Of a DNA stretch of 64,000 nucleotides, positions 1 to 11,059 are shown piece after piece. Source of the DNA: Cyanophora paradoxa CCMP329. Lineage: Eukaryota > Plantae > Glaucophyta. The translations under genes and the position numbers were made by a program. The stretch's first letter is position 1. Every line of letters starts with the position of its first letter. The DNA is taken from NCBI GenBank assembly GCA_004431415.1, contig QPMI01000434.1, forward strand, positions 186,001-250,000, read 5' to 3'. The notes beneath the pieces were generated by a model. It was not told the DNA's origin. It saw only the letters and a program-made list of their open reading frames with translations, and searched no databases.

Positions 1-494
1 GCCTTCTTCGTCTGCGCATGCACAGCTATAGCTAGCGCTGACGGGGGCGCGGGCCGGGGCAGACACGAACCCGCACCCCGAGACGGTCGTGCTCCCCTCC
101 GACGCCGTCTACCTCTTCTCCAGCGGCGCCTAGCCATAGCTCTAGCTATGGATCTCCCCTCCGCCGCGCGCGACGCTAACGCTAGCCTCCCGGCCCTCGC
201 ATGCTCGGATTCAGATTCCAAATTTCTGTACATATTTCGAATTCCACCGCGACGTGGCGCTCGTTGGCGAATCCAAGTCGTGGAGGGGGGGTATAGGCCA
301 GAGGGTCAACGTGCCGCTAGAGTTTGAGTGAGGTCGCGCAGCGCTTGAAGGCCCCAGGTTCGCGAGCTCGTGAGCTCTAGGCTGGGGCTCTGTATCGACG
401 CACAGCTGCAGGGTGCGGGACGCTGGCAGGTCGGCTGGCAGAGATTTCCGTCCGCTGCACCAGTGCGCGCCAGCGCGGGCGGTGATTCGCCACG

Positions 495-3400
495 ATGGCG
501 GCCATCGCACCCGCAAAGAAGGTTAGACCCGCTCGTTGTGGCCGTGGAGTGTTGGAGTCGCTTCATTCCACCCGCCGCCCCCCTCTGACGAACTCGCCGG
601 CGCAGACCCTCGTCTTCATCCCTTCAAAGCAGGAGGGATATGTCCTCGCAGATATCGTCAGTCAGAATGAGCGGGAGGTCCGGATCAGGCCGCGGGACAA
701 AGGCGACCAGCAGGTGCGCCGCGCTCCCTGTTGCGCCTCCAGCGACTCGTAGATATGGAGGAATACACCTCTTGGCGTTAGCTAACCGCCGCGCCTGCGC
801 GTTCCGAACGACCACGCAGGAGCGCTTGGTGCCGGTTACCGACATCCTGCCGTCGAACCCGGAGTCGGCCGCGCCGCCGGACGACAACACGGCGCTTATG
901 CACCTACATGCGGCGTCGCTGCTGCACAATCTCCGCGTCCGCTACGACAAGGACCAAATCTACGTGCGCCGGTCCCTTCGATTGCTCCCTCGTTGCTCTC
1001 CACTGTGCCCACACCACTCGCTTACTTATTTCACCTCTTTGCGCAGACGTACACCGTGCGCGGGTCCCTCGCCGCTTCGCGCCGCGTTTGTGGAGGTTTG
1101 CGCTATTTGAACGTTTCGTGTCGCAGGCGTACATCCTGCTTGCGGTTAACCCGTACAAGACGCTGCCCATCTACGACGACTCTTTGATGGAAAGATACCG
1201 GGGAAAATCGATCGGCAAGGAGGTCCCGCACGTCTTCGCGGTGACCGACAGAGCCTACCGACTCATGAAGGCGGAGGGCATCAACCAGTCCATCGTCATC
1301 AGGCGAGCTTCCGTCTTTCTGCCATTTCCGTTCTTGGCCGGCGCTGAGCGTTTTCCGCGCCGCAGCGGCGAGTCCGGCGCCGGCAAGACCGAGACCAGCA
1401 AGGTCGGCCCTCTCGCGCTTCCTGTGTTTTCGCTGCCCGCCCGCGTTATCCTCCTCCTCCTCCGCAGTACGCCATGCGCTTCCTGGCGCACGTTGGGAAG
1501 GCGTCGGCGAAGGGCGAGCTGGGCGAGCGCGTGCTCGACACGAACCCCATCCTGGAGGCCTTCGGTAACGCCAAGACCCTCCGCAACAACAACTCCTCCC
1601 GCTTCGTGCGCCCGTCTCCTTCCTTTTCTCCTTCCTTCCGCGTTCTGCACCTGGCGTCCCGACCTCGCTTCCCTCTCCCCGCAGGGCAAGTACATCAAGA
1701 TCAACTTCAACAAGGACGGGTCCGTCGTTGGCGCCTCGATCGTCACCTGTGCGCCCTTCTGTTTGCTTGCCCGCCTCCTGCCCGCGCTCGCTGACCTCGC
1801 GCGCCTCGCAGACCTTCTTGAGCGGGTCCGATCGCTCCGCTTTCTCTCTCCTGCGCCCCCAAGCCCCGCTAACTCCCGCCTTCCTCCCCGCCTGCAGTCC
1901 CGCGTGACGCAGCAGGATAAGGACGAGCGGAACTACCACATCTTCTACCAGCTCTGCGCCGGCGCAAACGACGAGGAGCGGAGTGCGCGCGCCGCGCTCG
2001 CGCCGACTCCGCCGACCTGCCGCCCCCGCCCGCCGACCCCGCTCCCTCGCAGAGTCGCTCAAGCTGGGGAAGGCGGATCAGTACCACATGCTGCGGCAGA
2101 GCGGGTGCATCCGGATCGAGGGGGTGGACGACGCGGAGGAGTTCCAGCGGGTGAAGGGGGCGATGGACCGCATCGGGATCGGCGCGGGCGAGCGCACGGA
2201 CGCCTTCCGCGTGCTCGCGGGGCTCCTCCACCTCTCCAACGTCACCTTCAAGGAGGGCGACAAGGACGACTGCCAGGTCGAGAACCCCGACGGTGCGCCC
2301 CCGAACCGATCGGAGCAGGAAGTGAGGTCAGAGCTGAGCCGGCTGCCCCCGCAGAGCTGCAGGTCGCGGCGGAGCTCTTCAAGATCGACTTCGAGTCGTT
2401 CAAGAAGACGCTCATCACGCGCACGATGGAGACCCGGGGGCAGGTCTTCGAGATCCCCTTGAAGCACTTCGAGGTGCGGGCTTCGCGGGATCTCGCCCCC
2501 ACCTCCTGCCCGCAGCCGGGCGTGGCTCACGTCCTCGCAGGCGGTGAACGCGCGGAACGCGCTGGCCAAGGCGGTGTACCAGCGCCTCTTCGACTGGCTC
2601 GTGGCGCGCATCAACAAGGGCCTGCAGGAGATCGAGGCGAGCCACCAGTACATCGGCATCCTCGACATCTTCGGCTTCGAGTTCTTCCAGCGCAACAGCT
2701 TCGAGCAGCTGTGCATCAACTACGCGAACGAGAAGCTGCAGCAGTACTTCAACCAGCAGATCTTCAAGCAGGAGCAGGACATCTACGAGCGTGACGGCAT
2801 CAAGTTCGAGCGCGTCAAGTTCGTGGACAACACGGACACGATCGACATGATCGAGAAGCGCCCGGGCGGCATCCTCCACATCCTCGAGGAGGAGAACCGG
2901 ATGCCCAACGGCTCGGACAAGTCCTTCTGCCTCAAGGTCCACGAGGCCTTCAAGGGCCACTCGCGCCTGGCGGCCCCCGCCGTCGCCTCGCGCAAGGAGA
3001 CGGGCTACCTGACCAAGGACGAGGGCTTCCTCGTCAACCACTTCGCCGGCGAGGTCACCTACGACGTCGCCAACTTCCTCGTGCGTAACCCTACTTGCGC
3101 CGTCGAGGCGGGCCCCCGCGCCACTCACGCCCCCCACCCGCAGGAGAAGAACAACGACACCGTGCACGGGGACCTGCTGGCCATGTTCCAGCGCTCCAAG
3201 GACCCCTTCCTCCAGCACCTCTTCCCCGAGCAGCCGCCCCCGCCCAAGTTCGGCCCCAAGGAGCGCTCCACCCGCTTCTCCTCCGTCGGCGGCAAGTTCT
3301 CCGTCCAGCTCCAGGAGCTCATGAAAGACCTCGGGCAGACGAGCTCGCACTTCATCCGCTGCATCAAGCCCAACGCGCTGCAGCGGGCCGGCAACTTCGC

Positions 3401-6400
3401 GGGGGCGGCGGTGCTGGAGCAGCTGCGGGCGAGCGGCATGCTGGAGGCGCTGCGGCTGCTGCACGCCGGCTACCCGACGCGCTGCGCCTTCGACGCCCTC
3501 TACAAGCGCTACGGGCCCTTCATGCCCGAGGCCATCCGGCGGCTCGACGCCCCGCACTTCTGCGAGGCCTTCCTCATGGCGCTCGAGTTCAAGGAGACGG
3601 ACTTCCAGATCGGCCTCACGAAGGTCTTCTTCCGCTCCGGCAAGCTCGCTGAGCTCGACGAGGTGATCGGGACGGAGGACCAGAAGGTCCCCGACCACAT
3701 CATCGCCAAGGTCAAGAAGTGGCTCGTCAAGAAGCGCTGGCGCCGCCTCATCGGCTACCGCAAGGCCTGCGTCCGCGGTCCGCCTCGCCGCGCTTTCTCT
3801 GCGTTGGCCGGCTCTGAACGGGCGTGCGCGCGCACCGCAGTGGTGCGGAGGCTGCGGGCGCTGCGGGCGCTGCGGCTCTTCATGCGGATGGCGGGGGTCG
3901 CGGTGGTGTACCGGCGCTCCCTGTGGCGGCTGCTGCAGCGCGTGCGGCGGACGATCGCGGCGCGCAACATCCAGGCGGCCTTCCGCTGCGCGCGGCTGCG
4001 CTTCCAGTTCGTGCGGCGGCGGCGCGCGGCGGTCTGCATCCAGTCGCACTGGAAGGGCCACAAGACCTACCAGCTGATGAAGCCGGTGCTGACGGAGCGG
4101 CGGGAGGCGCGCCTCGCGGAGCTGGCGGCGCAGGTCAAGGCCGAGCGCGAGCGCCAGGAGCGGGAGCGGCGGGAGCAGGCCGAGCGCTACCGCAAGCAGG
4201 TGATGGAGAACCTGCGGCGCAAGGAGGACGCGGCGGCGGAGCGGAAGCGGCAGGAGCAGCGGACGCGGACGGAGTACACGAAGACGACGGAGCAGCACGT
4301 GGAGGAGACAGTGACGGTGACCGAGCCGATGCCGATGACGCAGGAGCTCTTCAACGTGGTCACGGACATGGTCAAGCAGCTCTCCAAGACCGTCGCCGAC
4401 CTGCAGGAGGAGGTCCGCCAGCTCCGCGAGGAGCGCGTCGCCCCCGCCGAGCGCGGCCTCGCCGCCACCGCCTCCAAGGTGCCCCCCCGCCCCCGCCTGC
4501 CCTCGCCCCGCCCCGCGGCATTCGACCCTGACCTCGCCGCAGGTGGAGGCGATGGAGACGCACGCAGCGGAAGAGAAGATGCGGCTGGACGGCGAGCTGG
4601 CGGCCGTGCGGGCGAGCGCTGCGGAGCGCGCGGAGCGCGTCGACGCGAAGATCGCCGACGTGGAGGAGGAGGCGCGGCGCATCGAGTCCGAGTCTCGGTC
4701 GGCGCACGACCAGCTGTGGCACGCGATGGGCCAGCGCGCGGAGAAGGCCGAGCTCGAGCGCTCCGTCCAGTCGCTGCACGGAGAGCTCTCGGCGGTGGCG
4801 AACAAGGCGGCGGAGGCGGCCTCCTCCAAGAGCGACGCCGTCAAGAGCGAGATGACGGCGCTCAACGAGAAGATCCGCGCCGAGGCGGCGGCGGCGGAGA
4901 AGCGGCTGGCGGAGGAGCTCGACCGGCGCGTCGAGGAGGCGGCGAAGAAGGCGGACGCGGCCGAGGCCGGCCTTCGCTCCGCGCTGGAGGCGGCCCAGGC
5001 CGCCCTCGCCAAGCAGATCACCGACGTCCAGGTGGGCGATGGCGCGCCCGCACCCCCACGCGTCCCGCCTTTGAGCGGCGGCGCAGGAGAAGAGCATCGC
5101 CGAGCTGCGGAAGCAGCTGGAGGCGACGGAGGCGTCACTGGGCGAGGTCAAGGTGAGCGCGGGGCGGGCGGAGGGAGCGGGGGGAGAGGCCGCCGCCGCC
5201 GCCGAGGAGCGCCTGGGGGCCCGCCTGGCGGCAGCGGAGGAGGCAGCGGCGCGGGCCGAGTCGGGCCTGCGCGACGCCGTCGCCGACGCGATGGAGAGCG
5301 CCCGAGCGATGCTCCAGGCCGTCAGCAGCAAGCAGGAGGAGGCGCTGCGCGAGGCGGAGGCGCGCCTGCAGGCCGCCGTCGCAGAGCGCGCGGAGCAGGC
5401 GCGGGAGGCCCTGTCCGACACGGAGCGGCGCGTGGCCGACATCGCCGCCGAGCAGGAGAAGGGCCTCGAGGCCGTCGCCGCCACCGCCTCGGCCGCCGAG
5501 CGCCGCGCCGGCGAGCTCGAGCAGCAGCTGCGGGAGGCGCTCGCCGAGGGCCAGTCGAGGGCCCTCGCGGAGGCGTCGGCGGCAGCGGCGGCCGCCCAGC
5601 AGCGCGTCGCGGAGGTCGAGCGGCAGCTCCGCGAGGCGATGGCCGAGCAGCAGCGCGCCGCCGAGGGCGCCGTCGCCGCGGCGGCGAAGGAGGCCAAGGA
5701 GGCGGCCGCCGCGGTCGAGCGCCAGCTGCGCGAGGCGCTGGCAGAGCAGCAGCGGGCGGCGGCGGCGGAGGCGGCGGCGGCGGGGGAGAAGGGCCGGGCG
5801 GCGGAGGGGGCCCTAGGCGCCCTGGAGAAGCGGCTCGCCGAGCTGAAGGACACGCAGGAGCGGCAGCGGGCGTCGGCGGTGGCGGCCGAGGCGGCCGTGG
5901 CGGAGCTGCGGGCGGAGCTGCACAAGGAGCGGGCGCGTCTGGCGGACATGGAGCGGGCGGTGGACAGCGCGCGGCAGGAGACGTCCCAGACCCGCGAGGT
6001 CTCGCTCGGGCAGCAGTCGGCGGCGCTCGCCGAGGCGGAGGGGCGGCTGCAGGCGGCGATCGCGGAGCGCGGGGCGGCGACGGCGGCGCTGGAGCAGCGG
6101 CTGGCGGAGAGCGAGCGCGCGCTGCGGGAGGCGCTGGCGGCGGAGGCGAAGCGGCACGAGGCGCTGCAGGAGGCGCTGGGCAGGCAGGAGAAGGCAGCGG
6201 CGGGGGCGCTCGAGGAGCAGCGCAAGGCCCTCGAGGCGCGCCTCGCGGCGTTCGCGGCGGAGCAGGCCTCGGCGTCGGCCTCGACGGCGGCGGCGCTCGA
6301 TAAGCGGCTCGCCTCGGCGGCGGAGGAGCAGCAAAGGGCGGCGGCGGCGGCGGCGCGGGCGGGGGAGGGGTTGGCTAGCCAGCTGCGGGAGGAGCTGCGC

Positions 6401-9400
6401 AGGCAGGAAGGGGCGGTGGAGGAGCTGAAGCAGCGGGTGGCGCAGCTGCTGCAGGCCTCCGTTGCGGACGAGGGGCGGGCGAGCGCGGCGTCGGAGAAGT
6501 TCGAGGCGGTCGAGGAGGCGCTCAAGAGCGAGATGGCCGAGCTGCGGGAAACGATCGCCCGCACCTCGACGGGTGCGCTCGCGATCTCCCCCTTCGCCGC
6601 CGCCTCCGCCTCCGCCTCCGCCCGGAGCCCGCCGCCTAGCCCCCTCGCCACGCCCCGCTCCCAACAAGGCAAGGGCAAGGCCCGCGACAGCACCGGCGAC
6701 GGCCTCGGGCCGGCCGGCTCGACGCGCCTCAGCCTGCGGCGTGTGGGCCGCACCTCCTCCAGCGACGCCCCCGTGCCCTCGGACGGCTCGGGGGACGAGT
6801 GGGACGGGCGCTTCCGGGCGGGGACGGGGCGGCGGAAGACGGGGCGGGGCAGCGTGGCGCGGCGCGTGAGCGGGGCGGACCTCGAGGACCTCGAGATCGA
6901 CGACGAGGAGGACGTTCTGGTGGCGCCCCGCAAGTCCCGCCTCTCCGCCGGCCTCGAGGCCGCCGTGAGCACCGTCAAGACCGTCGCCGTCACCGGCCTC
7001 TCCTTCGCCCTCGCCGGCGCCGTCGGCATCGCCGCCACCAGCGAGCTCCAGTACCCCATGGCCATGATCGGATGAGCCCCGCCCCGTCAGGGGCGCGGGG
7101 CGGGGGTAGCAGCGGGGCAGGCAGCGTCGGAGACAGCGTAGCGGCAGTGGGGGCGAGGGCAGCGATCTAGTTTCAGCCACGCAGGATGCCGCTTTCAGTC
7201 TAGTTTATGGAGATATTCAGCTTTGCTTTCCAGCTTTGATTTGCGCGCAGTCTGTAGTTTGTAGCGTAGTCTAGTTGTAGGATCGACGAACGAATCAGCT
7301 GCAGCGGTGGCTAGCGCAACAGCGGCGGACGCTCGGGAGCGACCGAGCGGACGCCGTACGGGCGGCGGCGGCGGCGGCTTCGGCAGCCGTCCCCGCTTCC
7401 GCTCCCTCTTCCCTCTCTCCGTCCGTCCCTCCCAGCCAGCCGCCCCTTCCTCGCTCCGCCCGCCGCCATCCATTCATCCCTGCCCTGTAGCCTGTAGGCC
7501 TCTCGTCTGCGCCCCCGGCCATCTGTTTAATTCTGCCCCCGCAGTTGCGAAGGAAGAGGTGGCGGCGGCGAGGGAGCAGCTGAAGGAGGATGTCTTTGCG
7601 GCGGTGCTAGACAACCACGAGGCGACCGTCAAGAAGGACATCGAGGCGCTCAAGGCCCAGGTGCCCGGGCCCCGCCCGGCGCATCCGACGCCGGGCCCGC
7701 CACCTCAGCGCCGCCACAGATGCTCAAGGTCGCCGAGGCCGCGAAGGCCGCCAAGACAGCGGAGGCGGCGAAGGCGGGCGAGGCGGAGAGGCGGGTGGCA
7801 GACATGGAGAAGGCTGTCGGCGACGCCGTCAAGCGCTTCTCCGATTCCTCCGCCGACCTCGTGCGCCTGGCCAGTGCTCCTGTTCGGCCGCGGCCGGGCC
7901 CTGACCGCCGCGCAGCGCAAGGACTTTCGAGGCGACCTGACGGAAGGGATGGCCAAGCTGAAGGAGGAGCTGGAGGGGCGGCTGCGGGAGGTGCAGGAGG
8001 CGGCGGGGAGGGCGGCGAACGCGGGCGAGAACGAGCGGCGGCTGGCCCAGCTCGAGGACAGCTACCAGCGCGCCATCGACGAGAACCAGAACCTCCGCCA
8101 TCAGCTCGGCATCGCCCGGGTCCGCCTGCTGGCGAGCAGCTTTCCGCTGTCTTCGTCCTGACTTCGGGGCCCGCAGCACGACGACCTGGAGAGCAGCGCG
8201 AAGCTGGACCACCTCTCGTCCTCGCTGAACACGACGGCGTACAACTCGACGGTCGCCATCAACCGCTACCAGAACGTGGTCGTCGAGCAGGAGAAGCTGC
8301 GCAAGGAGCTTGCCAAGGAGAGGGAGAGCAACGAGGCGCGCGTCGCCGGGCTTGTCGAGGAGATCTCGCGCTCCAACGAAAAGATCAAGAGCTTCGAGCG
8401 GACGGCGGCGTTGTTCGAGGCGGAGAAGCTGCGGAACGAGAAGCTGCTTCAGGAAACGCTGAAGCGGGTCGAGGAGATTGAGAAACGGCACGAGCTGGAG
8501 GGGACCCCTGCCAAGACTGTCAGGAGCGCCAGCGTCCGCGGCATCCCCGTCCCGGCCCCTTCAGTCAGCATGGGCTCTGTTGAGATGGAGCCGATGGGCG
8601 GCGAGTCCGGCTCGCCGCCGCGGCAGCTCACCCTGCTGCCGTCCCCGCCCGAGGACCCGGTCACGCCGACGCCCTCGAAGCGGGCGATCGAGGCGGAGCC
8701 CGAGGAGATGAGCATGACCCCGCAGCGTTGCAATGAGGCCCTCGCCCCGCTCATGAAGCGTGCGTTCTCAGCGTCCGTGTGCGCGCTCGGCTCACACGCG
8801 CCGCCCTCAGAGCGCGGCGGGCAAGTGAAGGCGCTGGCGGACGCTGTCTCTCGGTTTGTCGGCGCAATCGCACAGCCGACGTCCATCCGGGGGGTGCGCG
8901 GCGCCGCTCCCGCGCGCCTCAACGCATCGTCCGTCTGCTGACGCGGGCGCAGAGCTTCACGCAGCGGGAGCTGCCCAAGGCGGAGAACGACATGCTGCGG
9001 CCGGAGCTGCGGCACCTCGTCAGCTCCCTCATCGACATCTTCGGGCAGAAGGCCAAGAAGCGCGGCGGCATGCTCGGCTTCGGTGGCGAGGCGCTCCACG
9101 CGTGGGACGTCTTCGAGACCTTCGCCCAAAGTCTGCGTCTCTGCCCGCGGCCGGGCATCCCCAGGACCTGACGCGCCCGCCGGGCAGACCACCCGATGAG
9201 GGACCAGACGAACCCGCTGCCGACGTACCTGGTGGGGATGGTGGAGACGCACGTGCGCTCTGTCCTCTCCAACGCCGACTTCATCAAGAGGAGCAGCGCC
9301 CGCGACGTCAAGGACGCCCGCTTCCACGCCCTCGTCCGCGCCGCCCTCAAGTGCGCCCCGCCCCCCCGCGCGATGCAGGGCCCGCCTGACGCGCGCCGCC

Positions 9401-9628
9401 CGCAGCAACAAGACTCTGCACGCGGCGCTGCGGGAGCTGTTCGAGAACATGTTCCCGACGCTGACGCCGCTGTACGAGGACGACGCCCCCGTGCTGCACC
9501 CGAGCCTGCAGCACGACGTTGTCCTCGCCGTAGAGCCCCTGGCCCGCATCCCCTTCGCCTACTACCTCGACCTCTTCAACCCCGTCCTCGCCTCCGAACG
9601 TGACATCCGCGCCAGTACAGCCCGCTAG
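495..9628 (+). CDS. Myosin VI-like heavy chain: N-terminal SH3-like region, motor, insert-2-like segment, 2 IQ, ER/K helix, long coiled coil, C-terminal RUN domain (multi-exon; alternative stop at 7075)
   Basis: Spliced reading gives GESGAGKT (P-loop), [74 protein letters not shown], and IQ motifs IQAAFR and IQSHWKG. ATG at 495; the tail exons continue to TAG 9626-9628 through a phase-1 intron 6573-7544. The motor is certain; linkage of the RUN exons is inferred. Confidence 0.9.
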
Positions 9629-9905
9629 CATCTTGGCCTGCCGCTGCGCCCCCGTAATAGTATGTGCATCCATCTATTTTGTGCAGTTTGAACTTCGTTC
9701 GCGGAGCTCAAGGGGTAGGGCGATTGCGAGGGGGAAAGGGGCTTCAGAGGGGTAGAAGAATTTCGAAAACGACTTCTCCGAAAATTCAGGAGCTCGAGCG
9801 ATCTCTGCGTGGGGCGCTGTACGCGTAGCAATGCATGCATTCAGCTATATAGCTAGCAGTGCGGCATGAAGTCGACTTTAGCCTGCTGAGCGCCAGCATC
9901 GTTCA

Positions 9906-11025
9906 ATGGACCTCGCTCAGCTGGAGCGGTTCGTGGCGGACCTGCGGCCCGCGCACCCGCTCCAGCAGAGGCTGCAGCGGGCGCGTGAGGTCGCCGAGTT
10001 CATCCGCACGAACCGGTGACCGCACGAGCCGCCCTCCGCGTTTTCCGCGCCGACGCCCCACGTACGCACCCCTTGCAGGCTGGACGTCGGCAGCCTCTCG
10101 CTCGTGTGGTCGTGTGTGGCTGACCTCATGCATGGTGCGCGCGGGCGCGCCCGATCGCCGCCCGGCCGCCGCCAATGCGCCCGGCAGAGAGGCAGACGAG
10201 CGAGGCGCGGCTCGCGGGCTACCGCATCGCCTGCTCGATCGCGGGGTCGTCGAACCCGGAGCCTCCCGGCCTACTCTGCCTTGGTGCGCTCTCCCGAGCG
10301 CCCGCTGCCCTGCGCGGCTCGGGCCTTGCCCCGCCAGCGCCCGCCCGAGCCGCGCCTGCCCCGCAGAGCTCTACCGGATCGTCGAGTCAGACCAGGGGTA
10401 CATCAAGGTCCGCCTCGAAGTTCTGAAGGTGAGCGTTCCCGCCCAACGATCCCGCGGCCGCCTCCGAGGCCCCCCTCAGGCCCTCACGCGCAACGGCCGA
10501 AACATTGCCCCCTTCTCCGTGCGTACACGTACCCCACCTGCGTTTTGCCCCCTGATTGACTTCACACAGGACCGGCTGGGCCCGCTCGTGGTGCGGTGGA
10601 TGGCGGACGGCGAGGCCCGCCGCGAGGCGGTCCTCTTCGCGACAAACGTGCCCCCACCCCCGTTCCCTGTACCCCCATCCCGCCTGGTTCACCCCCCCCT
10701 CTTGCAGGTTGTGAACTTCAGCGCGGCGACGGCGGGCGAGGCGCTCCTGGCCGCCCTCATCTCGGGCGCCTGCGCCCAGGCGCGCCCCGCCGACCCCCTC
10801 CGCCCTCGGCCGTCCCGTCTTTTCTCGGCCCTGCTTCTGATCCCTGTTTCGCAGGTCCTCGCCGGCCGCGACGCCGGAGTCGTCCGGTACACCCCCCTCC
10901 CCCCTCGCGCCCCCCCGCCCATTCCTTCCCTGCGCAGCTGCTGCGTCGGGTTCCTCGCCGTGGCCGTGCGGCGGACCACCCTCCCCGGTGCCCCCGGCCC
11001 CCTCCTTCTCTTCCCCCCCATCTCA

Positions 11026-11059
<34 letters not shown>

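Noticed and set aside
2415-7180. Long minus-strand ORFs (907, 897, 455 aa)
   Set aside because: Antisense shadows of the GC3-rich myosin coding sequence; no independent motifs
11027-11059. Long poly-C run (also ~15740-15773 and ~60241-60258)
   Set aside because: Intronic homopolymers; lengths are unreliable and no function is supportable
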